Of a stretch of DNA of 64,000 bases, positions 16,924-25,856 are shown in pieces. The position numbers were made by a program, and so were the translations under genes. The notes below the pieces were generated by a model. That model was given only the letters and a program-made list of their open reading frames with translations, was not told the origin of the DNA and made no database searches. How positions within the stretch are numbered: the stretch's first letter is position 1; every line of letters starts with the position of its first letter. The stretch is from an uncultured delta proteobacterium. Lineage in GTDB: Bacteria > Myxococcota_A > Polyangia > Fen-1088. The stretch covers positions 173,026-237,025 of the forward strand of contig CAVWUP010000018.1 in assembly GCA_963758155.1 (NCBI GenBank), written 5' to 3'.

Positions 16924-17658
16924 TTGCGCAGGTCAATTGCGGCCATGGCCGCATTTATGCTCCTCGCGCCGGGGAGTGCACACGCAGGTCCGCCCTACGT
17001 GACGGACGACCCTGAGCCGGTGGAATTCCGCCACTGGGAATTCTATCTGGCAACTCAGCATTCCATTACCCGCGACGCCGCGACAGGAACCGCGCCCCAC
17101 GTTGAGGTGAATTACGGCGCCTGGCCTGGCCTGCAGCTTCACGTGATCGCGCCCCTGGCCTACGCGCGGCCAAGAGGCGGCCCCACGTACTATGGCGTGG
17201 GCGACATCGAGCTGGGCGCGAAAATGCGCTTTATCGACGAGGGCGAGTGGCGGCCGATGGTGGGTACATTCCCGCAACTCGAGGTGCCGGCCGGCAATGC
17301 GTCTCATAGGCTCGGCACCGGGCACCTGCACGTACTCATTCCGCTCTGGCTGCAGAAGAGCTTCGGTCCTTGGACCACCTATGGCGGAGGCGGTCTGTGG
17401 GTCAACCCGGGAACAGAAAATCGCAACTATGGGTTCCTCGGTTGGCAAGTCCAGCGCCGCCTGTCACAGCTTGCAACCATCGGCGCCGAAGTCTTCTACA
17501 CCACGCCCGATCAGGTCGGCGGTGATGCCAACCTGCGCTTCAACGTCGGGCTGGTCCTCGATTTCACCGAGCATCACCATCTGTTGTTTTCGGCAGGCCG
17601 AGGTATCGTTGGCGACACTATTCTCCAGGGATACGCGGCCTACCAACTGACTCTCTGA
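16924..17658 (+). CDS. Outer-membrane beta-barrel protein (MetA-pathway / transporter-like family)
   Basis: Signal peptide followed by PYVTDDPEPVEFRHWEF. The protein is rich in alternating aromatic/Gly strands, typical of small OM barrels. Confidence 0.4.
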   Translation: MRRSIAAMAAFMLLAPGSAHAGPPYVTDDPEPVEFRHWEFYLATQHSITRDAATGTAPHVEVNYGAWPGLQLHVIAPLAYARPRGGPTYYGVGDIELGAKMRFIDEGEWRPMVGTFPQLEVPAGNASHRLGTGHLHVLIPLWLQKSFGPWTTYGGGGLWVNPGTENRNYGFLGWQVQRRLSQLATIGAEVFYTTPDQVGGDANLRFNVGLVLDFTEHHHLLFSAGRGIVGDTILQGYAAYQLTL

Positions 17659-17686
17659 GGTGGCTGTGTGGTAGGCTTGCCTTGCA

Positions 17687-18334
17687 ATGCCGGCGAATAG
17701 GCGCTGGAGATTCTTGGCCCTCGCGGCCCTTTTTCTCGTGCAGGCCAGGACTGTGCGCCCCGACACGCCCGCGGCGGACACTCCGGCCGCCACACTCGTG
17801 CGGCAGGGGCGAGATCTTCTGCAGCGCGGAGAGATTCTGGCCGCCAAGCGGCGTTTCGAGGAGGCGTTTCGCCTGAGTGCCGACGCTGAAGCATTGTTCA
17901 TGGTGGCGCAGTGTTGGGAGCGCCTGGGCAACGACGATGAAGCGGAGAGGCGCTATCGCCAGTATCAGCAACTGCCGCTCGCCTTGAGGACAGCCGAGGC
18001 TGAGTCGTGCATACGCGCCATCGCACAACGAAAGAGGAACGCTTCCGATACGGCAGCGAACGAGCGGCCAAGGTACATACTAGTCCCCGTGGGCACGGAT
18101 CGCGGGGCGTGTGCAGAGCGGTGCACTTCTGCGGAGGTTTGCCGGAGTCTTGGTCGCAAGGGCTCTGGCTGGGATACTTGCCTCGCCAATCAGTTTGCGT
18201 GCCTGCGTGCTTGTCCCGGAGCCCAGGTGAGCAGGGGTACCTGCCCGAGGGTCTCGTCACAGGAGCACACTCGACGCTACCAGGACAATCGCCCGATCTT
18301 TGGCGCTGGATGGGTCACGCCCGCACGCTACTGA
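17687..18334 (+). CDS. Secreted hypothetical protein, TPR-like N-terminus and Cys-rich C-terminus
   Basis: Signal peptide, helical repeat region, then 8 Cys in the C-terminal 80 aa. Confidence 0.35.
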   Translation: MPANRRWRFLALAALFLVQARTVRPDTPAADTPAATLVRQGRDLLQRGEILAAKRRFEEAFRLSADAEALFMVAQCWERLGNDDEAERRYRQYQQLPLALRTAEAESCIRAIAQRKRNASDTAANERPRYILVPVGTDRGACAERCTSAEVCRSLGRKGSGWDTCLANQFACLRACPGAQVSRGTCPRVSSQEHTRRYQDNRPIFGAGWVTPARY

Positions 18335-18417
18335 CCCCGGGCGAGGGGAAGAACACGACTTCGGGAACAGGTATCCTTGAGCCTCATCCAATCCATCACC
18401 CATAGGAGGAATCACCC

Positions 18418-19417
18418 ATGCGTGCAGCGGTCATCACCAAGATCAACCAGCCCTGGGAATTGAAGACGCTGCCTGATCCTCATCCCCAGCCTGGCCAAGT
18501 GGTCATCAAGATTCACGCGAGTGGCATGTGCGGCACCGATCTACACGTGCATCACGGGCACTTTGGCCTGACCCCGCCCATCGTGGCTGGCCACGAACCG
18601 GTGGGCGAGATCGTCGAGCTAGGCGTAGGCGTCACCGATCTTCGCATGGGCGATCGTGTGGGCGTGCACTGGAACCAGAAGGGCTGCGGTCGCTGCCGCA
18701 CCTGTCAGTCAGGCAACCAGTACGCGTGCGCCAAGGCACAGTCGTGGATCCATCTCGGCGGCGGGAACTCCGAACTCATGCTGGCGTGGGCTTCAGGTTG
18801 TGCGCTGATTCCCGAGGGTCTGGCGTACGAAGCCGGCGGCGCCCATCTTCTGCGCGGGCTACACAGTGATGAGCGGCCTGCGCAACGCGGATCCCAAGCC
18901 GGGCGAACGCGTGGCGGTGCTCGGGCTCGGCGGCCTGGGGCATCTGGCGCTGCAGTTTTCGCGTGCCCTGGGGCTGCAGACTTGGGCTATCACCGGCCAA
19001 GCCAACAAGACTGCCGAATTGAAGTCCATGGGCGCTCATGAGGTGCTGGTGAGCAGCAAAGAGCCAGGAACCGCCATGCGCGATGCGGGCGGCTTCGACG
19101 TGATTCTCTCGACCACCAATTCAGCCGTGCAGATCGCTTCGGCTTTTGGCGGTCTACGCGAAGAGGGGCGCATGGTCAACATGGGCGTGGCCGACGGCCC
19201 CATCGCCGTCAATCCCATGCTGTTGATGATGGGGCAGCGCCAACTCCGCGGGTCGAGCCAGGACGAAAGGCGCGATCTGGTCGAGGCCCTGGAATTGGTG
19301 GCCTCCGGCAAGGTGAAACCCATGATCGAGGTCTATCCACTGGCGCAGGTCAACGAGGTGCGGGCGCGCCTCGAAGCAGGCCAGGTCCGCTACCGGGCCG
19401 TGCTCATCCACGCCTAG
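18418..19417 (+). pseudogene. Zn-dependent alcohol dehydrogenase, disrupted by a +1 frameshift near 18831-18838
   Basis: The N-terminal part (GHEPVGEIVELG zinc motif, frame 1) and the C-terminal part (PIFCAGYTVMSGL...VAVLGLGGLGHLA Rossmann, frame 2) are collinear with one ADH. A single extra base in the GCCGGCGGCGCC run separates them. Confidence 0.7.
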
Positions 19418-19653
19418 CCCAGGCGTCGTTCGCGACGGTGCCGTCGTCCGACCGGCAGGTGTGATCCTGCCGTCAATATGGGTCACAAAAAGATCACGCC
19501 GATAGCGACATTCTTTGTCGCGCGGCGTGTGGCCGATTTTTTGTCGCGATTTTCCGCGGGAAGGGAGCAAAATGCGGTCCCGGCGAGCCGTTCCATGCTC
19601 ACGGCACTCAGACTCAATGGCATTTGATTGACCCTAAGGCGGAGAGGACATCG

Positions 19654-21429
19654 ATGAAGCGAACTGAATTCTCGGCAATGGTGCTTGTGGCTGGTGCGCT
19701 GACTCTGGGTTGCTCTGGTGCGGGTCCAGGCACCGGCGAGATCTTTGGCACAGGAGGGACAGGCGCTTCCTCACAACCTGCGGCCGGATCCGGCGGAATT
19801 CAGCAAGCCGCCGGGCATCCAGGCAACGGAGGCACTTCCAGCGTGGGAGGGACGAGCGCACTGGGTGGAACCGCGGGGCTACTAGCAGGCACGACTGAAG
19901 CAGGCGGCAGCATGGCCGGGCCGAGCGGCAGTGGCGCAGGCGGCGCAGCGGGCGGTGCCACCGGGGCGAGCGGCGGTGCAGGCGGTGCAGCGGGCGGTGT
20001 GACTGGGGCGAGCGGCGGCGCGACCCGGGCGAGTGGCGGCATCACAACTGCGGGTGGCACCGCGGGGCAGGGTGGCAGCACTGTGGGTGGCACGACTGGG
20101 CAAGGCGGCGGCAAGACGGGCCAGAGCGGCGGTGTGACCAGTGTGGGTGGCACGACTGGGTCGGCCGGCGGCACCACTGGGCAAAGCAGCGGCACCGCAG
20201 GTTCCGCTGGCGCTGGTGGAACCGTCAATTCCGGCGGCGCGACCAGCACGGGCGGCACCGGAGGCAAGACCACGACGACCAGTTCCGGCGGAACCAGCAG
20301 CTCCGGCGGAGTCGGGACCACGGGAGGATCCAGCGCCACGGGAGGCTCGGGTGGCAAGGGCGGATCCAGCGCGACGGGCGGCTCCACCGGAACCAGTAGC
20401 TGCGGCGCTGTCGCGGGCGTGGTCGGGACTCTCATCGACTCTGGCCCCGGCGCGACCAATCCCTCGCCCCCCGACCCGGCCGGCATCACCTTCAAGGACA
20501 CCGACGGCGATCTGGTCAACGCCCACGGCGGCGGCATCATCCGGGTGTGCAACACCTTCTATTTGCACGGCGAATACTTCCTGAGCACCACGACCGACAA
20601 CGATTTCAACGGCTTTTCGATGTACTCGTCCCCGGATCTGGTGACATGGAAGAAGGAGGGCAACAAGGGGATCATCCTGCCCCAGCAATCGAGCGGCCAG
20701 CTCGGGCCGAACCGCAAAGGTGAGCGGCCGCACATCATCAAGTGTCCCGCCACAGGCGAATTCGTTCTTTACGCTCATTCCGCCGACGTCACCTATCAAG
20801 TCGACAAGGAAGTCGTGTACGCGACCTCGCCTACCGTCAACGCTGTATACAGTTTCAAAGGATCTCTGCTGAGCTCAAGTGGAGCCATCGCCGCCCACAG
20901 CGACATGAGTGCCTATGCCGACGATACCGGTGCCTATGTCGTTACGGAAAGTGGCTGGGTCTTTACCCTGTCTAGCGACTGCCACAGTTGGGTGTCCAGC
21001 AAACAGTACTCAGTCCTGAACGGAACCACGGGCGGCATCGAAGCGCCCACGGTGTTCAAGGATACCAGCGGCACCTACTACTTCATCGGATCCGACAAGA
21101 CAGGGTGGCGCGCCAACGACGATTTCTATTCCACGGCGAAATCGATGAACGGGCCGTGGACCTACCAGGGATACATTGCTCCCGAGGGCAAGAAAGCCTG
21201 GATGACCCAGAGTACCTGGGTGTTGCCCATCGTGGGAAGCAAGGGAACCGTGTTCATGTACTGGGGCGATCACTGGTATGGCAACCAAGACACCACCAAT
21301 CCCGGCGTCCACAACTATCTGGCGACCTATGTATTCCAGCCGCTAGTTCTGGGCAGTGGCACGACATTGCTGCCGACCTACCAGGCCAGCTGGAAGATCG
21401 ACATCGGCGCTGGCACCTGGTCGCAGTAA
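19654..21429 (+). CDS. Lipoprotein with long Gly/Thr/Ser-rich linker and C-terminal GH43-like five-bladed beta-propeller glycoside hydrolase domain
   Basis: Signal peptide with LTLGC lipobox, ~220 aa of GGT/GGS/GGA low complexity, then a domain with NAHGGGIIRVCNTFYLHGE and GIEAPTVFKDTSGTYYFIGS blocks resembling GH43. ATG at 19654 has a GGAGAGG Shine-Dalgarno. Confidence 0.5.
   Translation: MKRTEFSAMVLVAGALTLGCSGAGPGTGEIFGTGGTGASSQPAAGSGGIQQAAGHPGNGGTSSVGGTSALGGTAGLLAGTTEAGGSMAGPSGSGAGGAAGGATGASGGAGGAAGGVTGASGGATRASGGITTAGGTAGQGGSTVGGTTGQGGGKTGQSGGVTSVGGTTGSAGGTTGQSSGTAGSAGAGGTVNSGGATSTGGTGGKTTTTSSGGTSSSGGVGTTGGSSATGGSGGKGGSSATGGSTGTSSCGAVAGVVGTLIDSGPGATNPSPPDPAGITFKDTDGDLVNAHGGGIIRVCNTFYLHGEYFLSTTTDNDFNGFSMYSSPDLVTWKKEGNKGIILPQQSSGQLGPNRKGERPHIIKCPATGEFVLYAHSADVTYQVDKEVVYATSPTVNAVYSFKGSLLSSSGAIAAHSDMSAYADDTGAYVVTESGWVFTLSSDCHSWVSSKQYSVLNGTTGGIEAPTVFKDTSGTYYFIGSDKTGWRANDDFYSTAKSMNGPWTYQGYIAPEGKKAWMTQSTWVLPIVGSKGTVFMYWGDHWYGNQDTTNPGVHNYLATYVFQPLVLGSGTTLLPTYQASWKIDIGAGTWSQ
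19735..20400. repeat. Low-complexity (GGN/ACN) coding repeat region with internal near-duplications
   Basis: It encodes the G/T/S/A linker. Stretches such as GGAGGAAGG(V/A)TGASGG recur. Confidence 0.5.
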
Positions 21430-21482
21430 GGCAGTTTTCTGCAATGGGCGACCGAGGGGCCGCCCATTGCATCTGCCCGCTG

Positions 21483-23954
21483 TCAGCGTCGCCGGCGCAT
21501 GACCAGCAGCCCGAAGGCGGCTACGAGGAACAAGGTGAAGAGCCCGGGGGCGCTGTCGTGAAGCGGAGTGACGGAACAGAACCCGCCACCCATGGCCTTC
21601 AAACTGGGCCCGGCGGCGTCCGGCCCCGGCACCGCTGCGTCGGCAATGTGCGTTCCAGCGGCGTCCGGCTGCGGTGAGACCGCCTGATCGACGGCCACCT
21701 GTGCGTCGCCTGAAGAAGACGGGAAAGGCGGCTCCACGACCACAACCACTTGTGCGTCTTGCGCGCCTGCCTCGAGTTCAATTCCGTCGCTGCTCGCGTC
21801 CTCGGCCCCGTCTGCGCCGTTGGCCGCAGCATCCAGCTTGACCGGCGGCCCAGCGTCGATCGCCACCACCGCGACATCCAGACGCGCAGCCGCGTCCAAC
21901 AGAACCACGGGGCCAGGTCCATCCGCGGCACCGGTGTCTTCACCCGCGTCCAATAGGGCCACGCCATCGAGGCCTTCACCAGCGTCGAGTCCGACCAGCG
22001 TCCCTGAATCATCGAAAACTGGCGGCACATCAAGGACTGCCACGTCGGGATTCTCTGCCTCGGCGTCGACACCGCCATCCAGGTCCGCGGCATGCAGCAC
22101 GTGCCAAGTCCAAGAGGCGGGCGTGGTACTGAGGTTTCCATTGAGATCCTTGCCCTGCACCAGCAGGGTGTGCGATCCGTCGGACAGATCAGTGGTGGTG
22201 TAGCTGGCTGGGCAGGCCGCGTAGCCAGCGCTGTCCAGGTTGCATTGGAAAGTGACCCCGCTCTGCGCGCTGGTGAAAGCGAAAGTCCCTTCGCCCGTGC
22301 TCGTGGGATCAGTGGGTTTGGCTGACATCGTCACCACCGGGTTGGTGCAATAGAGCATGGAGGAGGCCGCCGCGTTTTCGATGAGGCCGCGCTGTCCTGC
22401 CGTCGCGCCATTGCAGGGGAACTCGGTCACACCAAGCGAGTTCGTCGTACCCCCGTCGCCACCTTCAGCCGTGACTGTGGTCGGCGTGCCTCCGGAAAGG
22501 GCAATGTATCCGCCACCGCCACCGCCACCAGGACCTTCGGCCTCGTTTACAGTGATTTGTTGGTTGCCGCCCGCTCCGCCATTCGCCCTTACCACGACGC
22601 CGGTCCCAAGCACACCCGCGTGCACCACCACTGTCCCGCCACCGCCGCCGCCGCCAGGGGCGTCGCCCGATGCGGAGGCTCCCGAGTTGGCAGGCCCCCC
22701 GGGTGCACCATTGGCGAGGATGCTGCCGGTGCCCGTGACCGTCCCAGCGATCACGAAGACCAGGCCACCGCCCTTGCCGCCCGGGCCGGTGAAGCCATTG
22801 TTTCCGTCGCCGGCGCCACCGCCGCCGCCCAGGAAGAGTCGCCCAGCCGGGCTGCCGATGAGCGGATGCCCACCCAGACCACCGCGTTCGCGCCGGTAGT
22901 TTCCGCCCCAAGCGGCGTCGCCCGGCCCAACCGTCGTTGCGACCTGGTTGGCGGATGAATAGGTGTATCCGCCGCGGCCACCGCCTGGCCCGCCACTCAA
23001 GGCATAGCCGGGGTCGAGCAACCAAGCCGCTGCGCCGGTGACACTGCTCGACATCACACCCTGGCCGGTCCAGTTCGCTCCGCCGCCATCGCTGCCCACG
23101 CCGCTGGCCGCCGCGTTGGCGCCGCCTCCGCCACCACCGTTGTGCCAGTTGCCGCCGCCGCCGCCATTGGCAGGCGCGCCCCGGCCATAGCGGTAAGCGA
23201 AGGTGGTGTCTTGCGGCCAGCCTGCAATGCTCTCACCCTTCTCGGCGCCGTCGTTCGGGTCGGCCGAGCGATAGGTGGTATGGATGTCCGGCGGCGGGGT
23301 CACACTCACCGCTCCAGTGTGGGTGGCACCCCCGCGGAAACCGGTGCCGCTGGCATCAATCGAGCCATTGAGATCCAGAGTCGTCGCTGCCTGCAGCGCG
23401 ACCACGCCGCCCTTTGTGCCATCCCATGCAGGCGCGATGATGGAAGCCCCGCCGTTGATGGTGAGCGTGGAGTACTGCGGGACGCGAATGACCTGGCTCT
23501 TGCCCGCCACGGTGTAGGCCTTCTGCAGATGGCAGCCCAACGTGATGGTTGTTCCTGAGACGCTCGCCACACCAGCCAACTCGTAGTTGCCGGCGCTTCC
23601 CAGAGCGGTGACGCTTCCGTAGCTGGCATCGTTGGGATCGGTGGGCTCGTTGATGGTGGCGCCGGCCATCTGGATGATGAGCACCAGATCTCCGGCCGCC
23701 AAACTCGGCAGGCCCCCGGTGGCCACGGTCACGCTGGGGTCGTTGACGGCAGCATCGGCCGCCAGGGCCGCGTACTCGTTCACGACCGTGTTGGGATCGG
23801 CCACCGTGACAGCGCCGTCCTTGCCCACCAGGGCCTGGTTGACGACCACAGCCTGGGTGACTTTGTCCGACGACGACTTGCAGCCCGCCACCACCAGAAG
23901 CAAGACCTGTCCCACGGCAACGACTCGCAGCAAGGCCCGGTTTCCGCGCTTCAT
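21483..23954 (-). CDS. Glycine-rich secreted lipoprotein with MYXO-CTERM sorting signal
   Basis: ~823 aa from MKRGNRALLRVVAVGQVLLLVVAGC (lipobox), with long GGGG(N/A) tracts. The C-terminus GGGFCSVTPLHDSAPGLFTLFLVAAFGLLVMRRRR fits MYXO-CTERM (Cys + TM + RRRR). The ATG overlaps the stop of the upstream OmpA-family gene (ATGA). Confidence 0.6.
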   Translation of the reverse strand: MKRGNRALLRVVAVGQVLLLVVAGCKSSSDKVTQAVVVNQALVGKDGAVTVADPNTVVNEYAALAADAAVNDPSVTVATGGLPSLAAGDLVLIIQMAGATINEPTDPNDASYGSVTALGSAGNYELAGVASVSGTTITLGCHLQKAYTVAGKSQVIRVPQYSTLTINGGASIIAPAWDGTKGGVVALQAATTLDLNGSIDASGTGFRGGATHTGAVSVTPPPDIHTTYRSADPNDGAEKGESIAGWPQDTTFAYRYGRGAPANGGGGGNWHNGGGGGGANAAASGVGSDGGGANWTGQGVMSSSVTGAAAWLLDPGYALSGGPGGGRGGYTYSSANQVATTVGPGDAAWGGNYRRERGGLGGHPLIGSPAGRLFLGGGGGAGDGNNGFTGPGGKGGGLVFVIAGTVTGTGSILANGAPGGPANSGASASGDAPGGGGGGGTVVVHAGVLGTGVVVRANGGAGGNQQITVNEAEGPGGGGGGGYIALSGGTPTTVTAEGGDGGTTNSLGVTEFPCNGATAGQRGLIENAAASSMLYCTNPVVTMSAKPTDPTSTGEGTFAFTSAQSGVTFQCNLDSAGYAACPASYTTTDLSDGSHTLLVQGKDLNGNLSTTPASWTWHVLHAADLDGGVDAEAENPDVAVLDVPPVFDDSGTLVGLDAGEGLDGVALLDAGEDTGAADGPGPVVLLDAAARLDVAVVAIDAGPPVKLDAAANGADGAEDASSDGIELEAGAQDAQVVVVVEPPFPSSSGDAQVAVDQAVSPQPDAAGTHIADAAVPGPDAAGPSLKAMGGGFCSVTPLHDSAPGLFTLFLVAAFGLLVMRRRR

Positions 23955-25624
23955 GGACTCACCTCGCTCTTGTCTCGGTTGCTCTTCTCGATGATCTTGA
24001 ACTGCACGCGCCGGTTCTTCTGCCGGCCCTCGGGTGTGGCGTTGTCCGCCATGGGCTGGTCGGGTCCATACCCGTGCGCGCTGAGGCGGCCGCTGTCGAT
24101 CTGGCCGAAGGTCACCAGCCACTTCCTCACGGAGTCGGCCCGTTTCTGACTGAGCTTGCGGTTGTACTTCTTGCTACCGCGACTGTCGGTGTGGCCTTGG
24201 ACCTCGAGCTTGACAATTTCAGGATGCTCGACCAGCACGCCGGCTACCTGGCGCAGGAGATCGTCGCTGACCGGCAAGATCACGGCACTGCCTGTCTTGA
24301 ACTGCACCTGCTCCAGGATGACGATCTCACCCTGCGTGACCCGTACGGCTCTTGGGCAGCCGTTCTTTTGCGGATCGCTGTCGGCCGGGCCCTTCTCGTT
24401 GGGGCAGGCGTCCACGTCGTCGCGGATGCCGTCGCCGTCGGTGTCGGGCGGGCAGCCGTTTTCATTGGGATCGCTGTTGGCCAAGCCCTTGACGTCGGGA
24501 CACGCATCGTCCTGGTCTGCAATGCCGTCGCCATCGCGGTCAGGCGGAGGCGGCGGGCAGCCGTTCTTGCCCGGATCGTCGCTGGGTACGCCCGGCTCAT
24601 CCGGGCAGGCGTCGCTCTTGTCCGGGATGCCGTCGTGGTCGCGATCCGCGGGCTTGCGCGGTTTGGGCGGTGGCGGCGGCGGAGGCGGTGGCGGTGGCGG
24701 CGGTGGCGCCGGCGCGGGCGCATAGGCCACGGAGAGCAGTCCCCGCAGGGCGGGTGTGCCCATCCCGTGGGTGAACCCCGGACCCGCCCCTGCGCCCAAC
24801 ACGAACCCTGAAAGATTCACTCTCAGTCCCAGGATGCCTTCCATGTTGGTTGTGGCGCGGGTGAAGCGGTCGGCGCCCAGCATGACCGCCGTTCCGTAGA
24901 CCTCGGGTCCGATCTGCAGCATCTTGTCGGCCAGCAGAAGCCCGACCGCGGCGCCGAAGATCAGTTGCGTTCCCATGGTGGTGCCGCCGAAGCTGACTTC
25001 GTTGCGGATATCGACTCCCGCAGTGGCACCGTAGGCCAGCATGGGGATCTCACCCGAGAACCCCAGCACCGGAGTGCCATGCACCTTGCCGTCGCCGCCA
25101 AACTTGTCCTTGTTTCCGGTGGGCACGAACACATGACCGCCCAGGGTGAGGCTGGCCGGCGAGCGCGCTTCGCCCACCAGCCGGACGCGTGCGCTCAGCC
25201 GCAGATCGCCTGCCGCGAATCCCGACGGCGACTGCTCCGTAAATCCTGCCACGGTCGGGTTCTGGCCGCTCAAGAGCAGGGTCAGGGGCATGTCAGCCAC
25301 CACGAGGAGGCGGTCCCACAGGCTCAACCCGGCCGCGACATGCACAAGTAGCTGGTTCTTGACGATATCGCCCACGCGCACGTCGCCCGGCTCCTGGTAG
25401 AGGGACAGCGGGCGATAGGCGTAGTCGCCCAGAAGCATCAGCCGAGGCAGAAGATGTCCGCCGGGATCGCCGCCCTCGACGCCGAAGAATCGATCGCCGG
25501 GCAGCGACGGTTGAAACCGGTCGAGCGAGAAGCCACCCGTCTGCTGCGCCAGGGTTGCAGGCGCCCATCCGAGCACCACGGCCAAGATCAGACTTGAGCA
25601 CGATCGAGCGATGACTTTGTTCAT
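23951..25624 (-). CDS. OmpA-family outer membrane protein with thrombospondin type 3 (Ca-binding) repeats
   Basis: 557 aa with signal peptide, N-terminal barrel-like region, a P17 proline run, repeated DxDxDGxxDxxDxCP TSP3 motifs, and a C-terminal OmpA domain (FKTGSAVIL...GHTDSRGS...NRRV). Confidence 0.75.
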   Translation of the reverse strand: MNKVIARSCSSLILAVVLGWAPATLAQQTGGFSLDRFQPSLPGDRFFGVEGGDPGGHLLPRLMLLGDYAYRPLSLYQEPGDVRVGDIVKNQLLVHVAAGLSLWDRLLVVADMPLTLLLSGQNPTVAGFTEQSPSGFAAGDLRLSARVRLVGEARSPASLTLGGHVFVPTGNKDKFGGDGKVHGTPVLGFSGEIPMLAYGATAGVDIRNEVSFGGTTMGTQLIFGAAVGLLLADKMLQIGPEVYGTAVMLGADRFTRATTNMEGILGLRVNLSGFVLGAGAGPGFTHGMGTPALRGLLSVAYAPAPAPPPPPPPPPPPPPPKPRKPADRDHDGIPDKSDACPDEPGVPSDDPGKNGCPPPPPDRDGDGIADQDDACPDVKGLANSDPNENGCPPDTDGDGIRDDVDACPNEKGPADSDPQKNGCPRAVRVTQGEIVILEQVQFKTGSAVILPVSDDLLRQVAGVLVEHPEIVKLEVQGHTDSRGSKKYNRKLSQKRADSVRKWLVTFGQIDSGRLSAHGYGPDQPMADNATPEGRQKNRRVQFKIIEKSNRDKSEVSP

Positions 25625-25856
25625 GTTTCCTCAGCGCGGGCGTTGGCGTTGGGTTCGCACGTGAAGCGCACTGCGATTACAGGTCGCGGCGTGGCAGGAA
25701 TCATACAGGAAAAACGCCCCAAAAGGCAGCGCCGTTCCGTGCCAAGCATCACAGTCAGGGCAACGTTGTCGTGCGATCTCTACGCACCGACAGGTAACGC
25801 CTGTTACCCGGGGGTGACGCCCGTCTCCACCTGTACAAGCTCGCGGGTTGCGTTGC

